Source: Syntrophorhabdaceae bacterium (GTDB lineage: Bacteria; Desulfobacterota; Syntrophorhabdia; Syntrophorhabdales; Syntrophorhabdaceae). Taken from it: a stretch of 64,000 nt of DNA. The first letter of the stretch is position 1, and the number at the start of each line of letters is the position of its first letter. A program made the translations under genes and the position numbers. The stretch spans positions 64,001 through 128,000 of the forward strand of contig CAXXUO010000001.1 in assembly GCA_963666485.2 (NCBI GenBank), written 5' to 3'. The notes beneath the pieces were generated by a model, which was not told the DNA's origin, did no database searches, and worked only from the letters and a program-made list of their open reading frames with translations. Shown here in pieces: positions 28,690-38,400 of the stretch.

Positions 28690-29097
28690 ATGGGATTCGA
28701 TAAATTTGGAAGAAAAAGCTTCACGAGCTTCACAAAGACCGGAAAATTCGTCGACCTTCTTGCCGAAGGCAAGGTCGAGGGAACAGTCTGTAAACAGTGC
28801 GGCGCCAAGTGGTTTCCGCCAAGGGCCGATTGCGCAAAATGTTTCTCGGCCGATATGGATTGGTTCGAGCTGCCGAAGAAAGGCACCCTCGAAACATTCA
28901 CCACCGCCATGTACGCACCTTTCGGCTTTGAAGCTGATGCACCGTACACGATGGCAGTCGTTGATTTCGGCGATGGCGTGAAGGCATTTGCCCGCCTCGC
29001 AAAAGATTTCGCCGACCCCAAGATCGGGATGGATGTAACAGTAAAGCCTCTGAAATACGATGACGGACAGGTGACATTCGAGATCGCAAAAGCATAA
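28690..29097 (+). CDS. Zn-ribbon/OB-fold DUF35 protein (thiolase partner)
   Basis: CKQCG..FPPRADCAKC, then GTLETFT OB-fold; immediately follows the thiolase. Confidence 0.9.
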   Translation: MGFDKFGRKSFTSFTKTGKFVDLLAEGKVEGTVCKQCGAKWFPPRADCAKCFSADMDWFELPKKGTLETFTTAMYAPFGFEADAPYTMAVVDFGDGVKAFARLAKDFADPKIGMDVTVKPLKYDDGQVTFEIAKA

Positions 29098-29108
29098 CAA
29101 ACATAGTC

Positions 29109-29139
29109 AAAAAAGGGCCGCCTTCGGGCGGCCTTTTTT
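29109..29139 (+). terminator. Rho-independent terminator
   Basis: GGCCGCC-TTCG-GGCGGCC followed by T6 and preceded by an A-tract. Confidence 0.85.
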
Positions 29140-29210
29140 ATTCAACCTTGCACCGTAACCTAGGCGAAGAGGCTGTGTCACAATCATCAATTCTTCGTCT
29201 CGTATACATC

Positions 29211-29400
29211 CCTTAAACCTCGTCATCATCCTTAAACCTCGTCGTCATCCTTAAACCTCGTCGTCATCCTTAAACCTCGTCGTCATCCCGGGCTTGACCC
29301 GGGACCCAAGGTTCTTCTTTTTTCAAAATAGATGCGTGAAAAACAACAACAAAAAAACAAAACCTTGGGTCCCGGCTCGGAGGCCGGGATGACGACGAGG
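29211..29400. repeat. Four 19-bp tandem repeats running into an inverted pair of CGTC palindromes
   Basis: (CCTTAAACCTCGTCRTCAT)x4, then CGTCATCCCGGGCTTGACCCGGGACCCAAGG, an AT-rich spacer and CCTTGGGTCCCGGCTCGGAGGCCGGGATGACG. Confidence 0.9.
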
Positions 29401-29485
29401 GACGCTGTAGATCACGACGAGGAGAAATATCGTCCTTTCTTTATTCCTGTAATTCTTTTACAATTACCGGAAAGAAAGGGGAAAC

Positions 29486-30667
29486 ATGACCAAAGACTTC
29501 ATCCTTGAATTGTTCAGCGCCGCTGCCATGCAGCGGTGGAACGACAAGATACGGCCTGTCGAGCTGAAAGAACTGGACAAGCAGGCGCACAAGATGACGA
29601 TCGCCTATTTCCTCGGGAAGTTCGAGGAATCGACCGAGGGGTTCAGCTGGCTCGAGATCATCGAGGGCGGGCTTTTCGAGTTTCTCGAACGCCTCGTCAT
29701 AACCGATCTCAAACCCCAGATATTCAACCGGATAAAAGAAGACAGGAAAAGATACGAGGAATTGACCAGATGGGTCTTTGCGAAGCTGGAGCCGGTCCTG
29801 TCGCCCCTTGGCGGGGAGTTCCTCGAAAGATTTCAACACTATTTCGCGAGCGCGGACAATACAGTCAATAAAAGGATCCTCACTGCCGCGCATTTTTACG
29901 CGACGCGCTGGGAATTCGACATCATCGAGCGGGCAAACCCTACCGGGTATGAGATCCCTGAGATCAGGGGCTTTCTGCAGGGCCGGCAGGAACGCTACTA
30001 TGACCTTGCCGGCATCCAGCAGCTCGCCCTGTTCCAGAAATACAGGAACTTCCTCGACCTGTGCGGGCAGCTGCGTTTCCAGTACCGCTGGAGCCACATA
30101 AACATGATACCCCGCATATCGGTGCTCGGGCATATGCTCATTGTCGCCATCCTCGCGTATTTGTTCTCACTGCAGATCGGGGCATGTCCCCGGCGGTGCT
30201 TCAACAATTATTTCACCGGGCTTTTTCACGACCTGCCGGAGGTGCTCACACGCGACATTATCTCGCCCGTCAAAAGGTCTATCGAAGGGTTGGAGTCTCT
30301 CATCAAGGCCTATGAGAAGGAACAGATGGACAAGGAGATCTTCAACCTCCTCCCCGCCGGATGGCATGATGAGATGAAAACCTTCACGGAGGATGAATTC
30401 TCGAGCATTGCCGTTATCGACGGCACCATTGTCAGGACCGACACAGACACGATAAACCGGCAGTACAACGAGGACAGGTTCAATCCCCGCGACGGTGTGA
30501 TGATCAAGGCCGTCGACGACCTGGCCGCATATGTCGAAACATACTGTTCCCTGGAAAACGGTGTCCGCTCACCCGAGCTCGCCGAGGCGCGCAGGTCGAT
30601 CCGCGACAAGTATCGCGACACCGTTATCGGCGACATCCTTTTTCATGCCCTGTTTGCACAGTTTTGA
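29486..30667 (+). CDS. HD domain-containing protein (tandem YfbR-like HD domains)
   Basis: MQRWND..ELDKQAHK, QLRFQYRWS, SVLGHML and FHDLPEVLTRDIISPVK motifs. Confidence 0.85.
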   Translation: MTKDFILELFSAAAMQRWNDKIRPVELKELDKQAHKMTIAYFLGKFEESTEGFSWLEIIEGGLFEFLERLVITDLKPQIFNRIKEDRKRYEELTRWVFAKLEPVLSPLGGEFLERFQHYFASADNTVNKRILTAAHFYATRWEFDIIERANPTGYEIPEIRGFLQGRQERYYDLAGIQQLALFQKYRNFLDLCGQLRFQYRWSHINMIPRISVLGHMLIVAILAYLFSLQIGACPRRCFNNYFTGLFHDLPEVLTRDIISPVKRSIEGLESLIKAYEKEQMDKEIFNLLPAGWHDEMKTFTEDEFSSIAVIDGTIVRTDTDTINRQYNEDRFNPRDGVMIKAVDDLAAYVETYCSLENGVRSPELAEARRSIRDKYRDTVIGDILFHALFAQF

Positions 30668-30689
30668 CGGTCGCCTTCGCCCGTATCAC

Positions 30690-30718
30690 TTGACAAAAAC
30701 CGGCCGTCCCGTTACCAT
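30690..30718 (+). promoter_or_regulatory. Sigma70-type promoter of the cytochrome-rhodanese pair
   Basis: TTGACA-N17-TACCAT, 14 nt before ATG 30733. Confidence 0.65.
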
Positions 30719-30732
30719 TTTGTCAGGTGCCC

Positions 30733-31974
30733 ATGCGGAAATATCCCCTCTGTATATGCCTGTTCCTGGCATTTGTCATCGCCATTTTCACTTGCACCGC
30801 ATACGGAGCGGACAGCGGCTGCGTTAATTGCCACACAAACGAAAAAATGATGCGCGCCCTCCACACGCCGGTGAAGGCCGATCTGTCCGAAGGCGTCGGG
30901 TGAGCGGGCGCACCTCCGTCGGTGCCGGCGGAGATCCAATATAAGGCATATCTCGTCAATCCCAAGATCCTCGCCACAAATCCCCATTTCGCGGAAGGTT
31001 GTGCCTTCTGCCATAAGGGCAACGAAAAGGCGGCAACCCGGGAGAAGGCGCACGCAGGGCTCGTAAAAAAACCTTCATCCAACATTGACGTATGTGCGCC
31101 GTGCCACGACAAGGCGGCAAAGGTATACAAGGATTCACTGCATTATACGACTGAGGGGTTCAGGCACGGCGTTTCGGCACGGTTCTCCGCAAAAGAGAAG
31201 AAAATATTCGATGATAAGGTATTCCAGGGATCGTGCAGGAGTTGTCACGCAACGTGCGGCGATTGCCATGTTTCGTCCCCGAAAATAGGCGGCATATCGA
31301 CCGGCCTTATCAAGGGGCATGAATTCGTGGCAAAAGAGGACAAGACATGTGCAACCTGCCACGGCGGGAGGGTCTATCCCGAATTTACCGGGGATTTCGG
31401 CGGGCAGGCGGATGTGCACTACCAGAAAGGGATGAACTGCCTGAGTTGCCACAACAAGGCGGAGCTTCACGGGACGGGGACCCGGTATGTGACAAAGACG
31501 GATGTCAAAGAGAAGCCTTCCTGTACGAACTGCCATAAGCCCGGCACCGAAACAACAGAAAAGGCCCGGTCATCACATACGCAGCACACAGGAAAAGTAA
31601 GCTGCTACGCCTGCCACGCAGGCGGTTCTTATACGAACTGCTACGATTGCCATCTCGGAAAAGGCGCTACCCCGAAACCCGGGTTTTACCTGGGGTTGAA
31701 CCCCAAAGACAGGAAGACCGTAACGACATTGCGCCTTGTGCCCACCGTACGCAATACATTTAAATCGGCCGGCATAAAGCAGGAAAATTTCGACAAGGTC
31801 CCGAACTACTGGGGTACCGCAACGCACAACATAAAGAAGCGGACCGACAGGACACGCTCCTGCGATGTCTGTCACACGGACAAGCAGAATTTCCTTACGC
31901 AGCAGACATTGATCAAGGGTGGTTCGAAAGCGAACAACCTCCTCATCTATACCCCGAAACCCATAAAACCTTAA
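30733..31974 (+). CDS. Exported multiheme cytochrome c (11 CxxCH), putative selenoprotein (TGA 30901-30903), 413 aa
   Basis: ATG 30733 gives a signal peptide, CVNCH and ..SEGVG-TGA-AGAPPSV, in frame with ORF 30922, which has 10 further CxxCH motifs. Confidence 0.82.
30914..30933 (+). promoter_or_regulatory. Candidate bacterial SECIS hairpin
   Basis: CTCCGTCG-GTGC-CGGCGGAG. The 8-bp stem starts 11 nt after the TGA and the loop begins GU. Confidence 0.72.
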
Positions 31975-31987
31975 AAGGAGACCGGCA

Positions 31988-32881
31988 ATGAAAAAAGCGA
32001 CAACATTCGCACTATTGGTATTTTCCTTGATGTTCCTCTTTCCCGCCCTGGGCATGACGCGGTCGATAGACCCGGTCATCTCCACGGACTGGCTCGCCGC
32101 CAATGCAAAGGACCCGAAGATCGTCATCGTTGACATCAGGAAGGTCGAGGATTACAAGGCCGGGCATATTCCGAATGCCGTGAACATCTTTGTCAATACA
32201 TGGGCGATAACCCAGGGGAAACTCCGCAACCAGGTCCCGCCGATAGATGACCTGGCCGACATAATAAACTCTGCCGGGATAGCGGCCGATTCAAAAGTGG
32301 TCGTTGTCGGCAACACCGATAATCCCCCCAACCGCTCAGGCATCATGCGGGTAGCCTGGACCCTCGAATATGCAGGCATAGAAAATGTTGCGATCCTTGA
32401 CGGGGGATGGGAGAAATGGGTTGCCGAGAAAAAACCCGTTGCAACGGATATGGTAAAGCCCAAAGCTTCCAATTTCCAGCCAAAGCCCAATAAGGCCATG
32501 CCGGCCTCAAAGGATGACGTCAAGGCTGCCATAGGAAAAGAGACGATCGTCGATGCCCGGGACCCTGATTTTTACCAGGGCAAAAAGAAACTCGACTTTG
32601 TGGCCCGGGCGGGCAGGATAAAAACCGCCGTCAACCTTCCTTCGATGGCGGCGTACAACCCGAACGGCACATTCAAGGACAAAAAAGAGCTTGCGGACAT
32701 GGCCGCGAAAGCCGTGGGAAGCGACCTCAACAAGAATATAATCGTTTATTGTGACACAGGCAGACTCGCCACGGTCTGGGCATACCTTTTAAAAGACGTC
32801 CTGGGATATAAGAACGTCCGGATGTACGACGGCTCATCGGAAGAATGGATGGCGGATCCGACTGCACCGATAGAACCGTAA
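31988..32881 (+). CDS. Exported two-domain rhodanese/sulfurtransferase
   Basis: Signal peptide, GHIPNAVN, LDGGWEKW, VDAR, YCDTGRLA (catalytic Cys) and YDGSSEEW motifs. Confidence 0.92.
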   Translation: MKKATTFALLVFSLMFLFPALGMTRSIDPVISTDWLAANAKDPKIVIVDIRKVEDYKAGHIPNAVNIFVNTWAITQGKLRNQVPPIDDLADIINSAGIAADSKVVVVGNTDNPPNRSGIMRVAWTLEYAGIENVAILDGGWEKWVAEKKPVATDMVKPKASNFQPKPNKAMPASKDDVKAAIGKETIVDARDPDFYQGKKKLDFVARAGRIKTAVNLPSMAAYNPNGTFKDKKELADMAAKAVGSDLNKNIIVYCDTGRLATVWAYLLKDVLGYKNVRMYDGSSEEWMADPTAPIEP

Positions 32882-32902
32882 AAGGCGTAAGGCGTAAGGC
32901 GT

Positions 32903-32940
32903 AAAAAACCGCTATCCCATCCGGGGTAGCGGTTTTTTTT
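32903..32940. terminator. Bidirectional rho-independent terminator
   Basis: A6-CCGCTATCCC-ATCC-GGGGTAGCGG-T8 between the convergent rhodanese and lexA genes. Confidence 0.85.
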
Positions 32941-32983
32941 ATAATTTGGTTTTTACGTGGAACGGTGGAACGTGGAACTCTTT

Positions 32984-33616
32984 TTACGGATCCATCCGCA
33001 AAACCATCACCACCCTCCCCTGCACCCGGACGTTTTCCGCATCGTGGAACATGGGCAGCATGTACGGGTTGCACGGCTGAAGCCTTATCTTCTGATCCTT
33101 TTCGTAATAGACCTTTTTGAGAGTCACTTCCTGTTCGTTTTCAAGCCAGCAGGCGGCGACATCACCATTCTTCACGGAATCGGCCTTCTCCATGATCACG
33201 ATGTCCGAATCGGCTATCATGGCGTCCACCATGGAATTGCCCCTGACCCTGAGTGCGAAGAGGTCCCTTCCCTTTCGCATGACGTCGCGCGGGACATCGA
33301 CCATCTCCTGGTCCGAAGCAGATTCTTTATCCATGGAAGGAACATCTATGGGCTGGCCAGCCGCGATCACGCCGAGGAGCGGCACACAGGCAGGTCCCTC
33401 TTCATCTCCCACCACACCGATGCTCCGCGAACGCACCCTGTCCTTTGTGATCAGCCCGGCTTCCTTGAGCTGCTCCAGGTGATACTGAACGACGGACGGG
33501 CTTTTCACCCCGCAATGGCTCGCAACCTCGCGCACGGACGGTGAATAGCCGTTATCGCGCCGAAACGCCCTGATAAAATCGAGGATCTCTTCACGGGTGT
33601 TTGTTTTTCGTACCAT
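32984..33616 (-). CDS. lexA: Transcriptional repressor LexA
   Basis: GYSPSVREVA..SPSVVQYHL HTH, IAAG cleavage site, GNSM (Ser) and TLKK (Lys). Confidence 0.95.
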   Translation of the reverse strand: MVRKTNTREEILDFIRAFRRDNGYSPSVREVASHCGVKSPSVVQYHLEQLKEAGLITKDRVRSRSIGVVGDEEGPACVPLLGVIAAGQPIDVPSMDKESASDQEMVDVPRDVMRKGRDLFALRVRGNSMVDAMIADSDIVIMEKADSVKNGDVAACWLENEQEVTLKKVYYEKDQKIRLQPCNPYMLPMFHDAENVRVQGRVVMVLRMDP

Positions 33617-33630
33617 AGAACAAGTGTACT
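33617..33630. promoter_or_regulatory. Candidate LexA box abutting the lexA start codon
   Basis: AGAAC-AAGT-GTACT, overlapping a minus-strand -10 element TACACT. Confidence 0.7.
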
Positions 33631-33670
33631 ACAAACAAGGAAAACTTTACAACAAATTTATAAAACCTGC

Positions 33671-33851
33671 CGTCATTCCCGCGAAGCGGGAATCCAGTGT
33701 CTTTTTTGTTATTTTTTTGCGTAATACCCGGAAACATATAAACATTTGTGCAAGTAAATCAGGCCGCCGGCTGCCCCCTACAATAAGAAGGCTCAACACT
33801 ATAGAAGATTAAAAGATAAAGACGCTGGATTCCCGCTTCGCGGGAATGACG
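33671..33851. repeat. Inverted pair of CGTC palindromes around an AT-rich spacer
   Basis: CGTCATTCCCGCGAAGCGGGAATCCAGTGTC ... GACGCTGGATTCCCGCTTCGCGGGAATGACG. Confidence 0.9.
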
Positions 33852-33932
33852 ACCGATTTTTTAATTCTGAATAATAACCGGAAATTATCTAACTTTGAAC
33901 CTTGAACTTTGAACCTTGAACAAAAATTTTTC

Positions 33933-33961
33933 TTGCCAAATTAGAACAGATGTTCTAATAT
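33933..33961 (+). promoter_or_regulatory. Promoter of the imuY operon containing a perfect LexA-box palindrome
   Basis: TTGCCA-N17-TAATAT with TTAGAAC-AGAT-GTTCTAA at 33941-33958; ATG 6 nt after the -10. Confidence 0.8.
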
Positions 33962-33967
33962 TGCGTT

Positions 33968-35158
33968 ATGCGAGTTGCTTGTCTCTACATCCCCCATTTT
34001 TATTGCCAGGTCGAATACCGGAAAGACCCTTCCCTCAGAACAAAACCTGTCGTAATCATAGGCATGCCCGAGGAAAGAGGGTTTATCATGGATTGCTCCG
34101 AAGAGCTTACCCGAAGAGGAGTTGCTCCCTCGATGGCACTCAAGGACGCCTATCATCTTTGCTATGATGCGGCCCCGCTACTGGCCCGCAGAAAGGAATA
34201 CGAGACCCTGTGGGAAGACATCCTTTCTTCCGTCGCGGGGATAACCCTGCGCATCGAACCAAAAGAACCGGGCACGGTATTTCTTGATATTACGAGGCTT
34301 CCCGGCATGTTCAGAAGCGAGGAGCAGATCGCACACGCCTTGACCAGGATGGTGTCGGAAAAATTTGGCCTCGATGTCAGGATGGGGATCGGGAATTCCC
34401 GTTTCTTGAGCGGTGAGGCCGCCTCGTCGGCAGCCGGGGCTGTGCGTGTCATTCCTCCGGGAATGGAAAGGGATTTCCTATCCTCTATCAAGATCGGGCG
34501 CCTTGCGATACCGGACGAGATCCGCGAAAGGCTCGATCTTCTCGGTCTCGATTCGCTCGGGCAGATCGGCGCATTCACCTTTTCGGCGCTTACCTCGCAG
34601 TTCGGGGCTGCAGGAAAAGAATTGTGGGAGATCGCAAACGGGGTCGGCGACCAGGGCAGGATACTGCCCGCCTTCACTATTACCGACATAGACCGGGAAA
34701 TGGTCTGTGACGGGCCGGTCCATTCACGGCAGGAGATCAAGGCGGCCCTTCTCGAACTCCTCGACGGGCTGTGCCTCGAACTCGAGGAACTCGGTAAGGC
34801 CTGCCGCACGATAAAGCTCGTTCTCGACCTCGAGAACAGGACTTTTTTTGAAAAAGAATTCTTTATGCACGGCCCCACGGTACACAAGGACGACATGCTG
34901 CTGAGGATAATGGCAGGGCTTGAAGGGATCGAACTTGCAAGCCCGGTCAGGATAATGAGCGTACGGGCCGGGGCCCTTGTCAATTATGCGGGAAAACAGG
35001 AGAAGCTTTTCCGGAACCGCAACCGCATTGAAAGAAGCATGAAAGAGATCAGGGGATTTCTGAAAACCAAGTACGGATCGATGCCGCTTGCACGCGCTGT
35101 CAGGAACGACGGCGGCACCCTCCTGCCCGATGACAGGTTTATTTTTGTCGAACCATGA
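33968..35158 (+). CDS. Y-family DNA polymerase-like protein (ImuB/ImuY type, probably inactive)
   Basis: DinB-like pattern, but the catalytic acidic residues appear replaced (YIPHFYCQVE; IEPKEPGTVFLD). Lies upstream of dnaE2. Confidence 0.85.
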   Translation: MRVACLYIPHFYCQVEYRKDPSLRTKPVVIIGMPEERGFIMDCSEELTRRGVAPSMALKDAYHLCYDAAPLLARRKEYETLWEDILSSVAGITLRIEPKEPGTVFLDITRLPGMFRSEEQIAHALTRMVSEKFGLDVRMGIGNSRFLSGEAASSAAGAVRVIPPGMERDFLSSIKIGRLAIPDEIRERLDLLGLDSLGQIGAFTFSALTSQFGAAGKELWEIANGVGDQGRILPAFTITDIDREMVCDGPVHSRQEIKAALLELLDGLCLELEELGKACRTIKLVLDLENRTFFEKEFFMHGPTVHKDDMLLRIMAGLEGIELASPVRIMSVRAGALVNYAGKQEKLFRNRNRIERSMKEIRGFLKTKYGSMPLARAVRNDGGTLLPDDRFIFVEP

Positions 35159-35406
35159 AAGCATCACCCTCCGATCCCGAACCTTTGCCCGTTATTGCCG
35201 TTAAGAACAGGCCGGCATGGGTCATCCTGAAAAAGAAAAAGCAGAAAGTCCGGGAGATTGTCAACATCTGGCGGATCGATGACGCCTGGTGGCGCAAACC
35301 CGTTGCCCGCATGTATTATGCGCTTGAACTTGAAAGCGGGGCCCGGATAACGGTCTTCCAGGACCTTGATTCAGGTGACTGGTACCGGCAAAACTGGTCT
35401 GCCTGA
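35155..35406 (+). CDS. Small mutagenesis-cassette protein (DUF6504-like)
   Basis: 83 aa, WRIDDAWW..RMYY..VFQDLDSGDWY. ATGA overlap with the upstream gene. Confidence 0.75.
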   Translation: MKASPSDPEPLPVIAVKNRPAWVILKKKKQKVREIVNIWRIDDAWWRKPVARMYYALELESGARITVFQDLDSGDWYRQNWSA

Positions 35407-35411
35407 GATCC

Positions 35412-38400
35412 ATGTACACCGAACTGCACGCCCATTCAAATTTTTCTTTTCTCGACGGGGCCTCACCTACCCGCGCCCTCGTCGAACGGGCCGCGTCCCT
35501 CGGCATGGACACCCTTGCCATCACCGATCACGACGGGCTCTACAACGCCTGCCTCTTTACGAGGCTCGCAAAAGAGGCAGGTATAAAACCCATTATCGGC
35601 GCCGAACTGACGCTTGAAGGGGAGCGGCACCTTACATTACTCGTCGAAAACGGCAGGGGATACGAAAATTTGTCCCACCTTATCACCCGCGGGCACCTTG
35701 CGGGCTCCAAGGGGAAGCCGGTCTTATCCCCGGCAGACCTTCAGGCCCGCACGGAAGGGCTCGTCTGCCTGTCCGGCTGCGCACGATCGGAGATAAACCG
35801 TCTTCTCATACAACGGGAAAGGCGGGCCGCATACGAGGCGGCAAAGGCATACACCGAGCTTTTCGGCAAAGACAATTTTTATATCGAGCTCGAGGGGCAT
35901 CTTTATCCCGAAGACAGGGGCCTGTGCCGTCAACTGATCGAGATGGCCCGGGAATTGGGCCTCAAGACCGTTGCTTCGAATAATGTCCATTACGCGACAC
36001 GGGACGGGCATACCCTTCACGATGTCCTCACCTGCATACAGCACGGGGCGACCCTGGAGAGATCGGCCGCCATCCGGAGGCTCAATTCCGAATTTTATCT
36101 CAAAAGCCATGAGGAGATGCTCGAGCTTCCCTTTATACCCCGGGACGCCATCCTCAGGACCGAAGAGGTAGCCCGAAGGTGCACATTCAACCTCGATTTC
36201 TCTTCCTTTTCCTATCCTGATTTCCCCCTGCCGGTTGATGAGACAGCAGCGGGATTTCTTAAAAAATTGGTAATGCAAAAGGCCGGCGAGCGCTATGGGG
36301 CCCTGACGGAAGAGGTCCTGGCGCGGATCGAGGACGAGACCGGCCTTATCGAGCAAAAAGGGCTTTCGGGATATTTCCTCGTTGTCTGGGACATCATCGA
36401 ATACGCCCGAAAAATGGGGATATCCGCGCAGGGCAGAGGCTCGGCGGCAAGCTCCGTCGTGGCATATGCCCTCGGTATAACCCCCGTCGACCCGATACGC
36501 CACAGGCTTTTCGTGGGGCGTTTTCTCAATGAACTGAGCATCCCCGATATCGACATCGATATCGCGACAAACAGGCGCGAAGAGGTTATCAGATACGCCT
36601 ACGACACCTACGGCCGTGAGCATGCCGCGATGGTCTGCACCTACGTGACGTTCCAGGGGCGCAATGCAATGCGTGAGGTTGGAAAGGTGCTCGGCCTTCC
36701 CGCGCATATCATAGACAGGATGGCGAAGTCTACTTCCGCGTATGGCGGCCACGGGGCCGTGGAGTCATTGAGGGAGGTCCCCGAGTTCAGATCATATCTC
36801 GACTCCGGGGCCTGGGGGCATTTCAGCAGGCTATGCGGGCAGATAGCCGATTTCCCGCGCCATCTCTCGATCCATGTCGGGGGGATGATCATTACCCCGA
36901 AACCGATCGCGGACATTGTGCCCCAGGAGCACGCCCGCGCCGAAGGAAGGATCGTCTGCCAGTGGGACAAGGATTCCGTCGATGACGCGGGGCTTATCAA
37001 GTTTGATCTCCTGGGCCTGAGGATGCTTTCCCTTATCGATGATGCGAAGGAGCTTATCCAGAAGCACCGGGGCATTGACCTCGATCTCGACCGCCTTCCC
37101 CCCGACGACCCCCGCGTTTACGACATGATAAGCGAGGCGGACACGGTCGGGATATTCCAGGTTGAGAGCCGGGCGCAGATGCAGACATTGCCCAAAATGA
37201 GGCCGCGCACCTTCGAAGACCTCACCATCGAAGTGTCCATCGTTAGGCCGGGCCCCCTCCAGGGGAACATGGTCCATCCCTTCATACGCCGCAGGCAGGG
37301 CAAAGAGCCCGTTGTCCACCTGCACCCCAAACTGGCCCCCATCCTCGATGAAACACTCGGCGTGATACTTTTCCAGGAACAGATCCTCGAGGTGGCAATG
37401 GCCATAGCCGGATTCACGGCGGGTGAAGGGAACAAGCTGCGTAAGGTAATGGGGCGCAAGAATGCACGGGAGGAACTCCTCGCATGGCACGAGCGTTTTC
37501 TCGAAGGGGCAAAAAGGCAAGGCATCGTGAGCGGCATCGCCTCGAAGATATTCGACCATATCTGCGGGTTTGCCGATTTCGGTTTTTGCAAGAGCCACGC
37601 CGCCAGTTTTGCGATCCTGTGCTACCGGTCCGCCTACCTGAAATATCATTATCCGGCAGAGTTTTATTGCGCCCTCCTCAACAACCAGCCCATGGGTTTT
37701 TATGAACCGGAGGTCATCATAGGGGACGCGAAAAGGCACAACGTCCCTATCCTTCCCGCGGATATCAACAGGAGCACGTGGAACTGCACCATTGAGGAAG
37801 GTTCTGTCAGGACAGGTTTCAGGTATGTGAAGGGGATCGGAGAGGAAAAAGGGGACCGTATTGTCACGGCGCGCGATCGGGGAGGAACATATATCTCGCT
37901 GCAGGATGTCGCCGACCGGTCGGGGCTCGACATGAGGTCCCTGCAAAACCTCGTTGCTGTCGGCGCATTGAGCGCCATCAAAAATTCCCGCAGACAGCTT
38001 CTCTGGGAAGCGGGGACAATACGGACAGCAGGGCTTACAGGGCTCGATGCCGGCGCGATGCATGAAAAACTCCCCATCCCCGAGATGACGGCACGCGAGG
38101 AGACGATAACCGACTATATCTACCAGGGGTTCTCCCCCGCGCGCCACATAATCAAGCTTTACCGGAAAAAACTGGATATGCTCGGAGCGGTGCCGAGCGA
38201 CAGGCTTATCCGCTGTTCTTCCGGAAGCAAGGTGATCGTTGCAGGGTACATGGTGTGCCTGCAGATGCCCCCGACAGCAAAGGGAAAGTTTTCATTCATC
38301 ACGCTTGAAGACGAAGACGGTCTTATCAACCTTGTGGTAAGGCCGGAGGTTTACAAGGCGTACCGCACTATCATACGCCTCGAGCCGTTCCTTCTTGTCG

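Noticed and set aside
29211..29290. 19-bp repeats as a CRISPR array or iterons
   Set aside because: The units are directly adjacent with no spacers, and no cas or rep gene is nearby.
29486..30667. HD protein as a Cas3-like or anti-phage nuclease
   Set aside because: The motifs fit YfbR-like HD phosphohydrolases, and there is no helicase or defence-island context.
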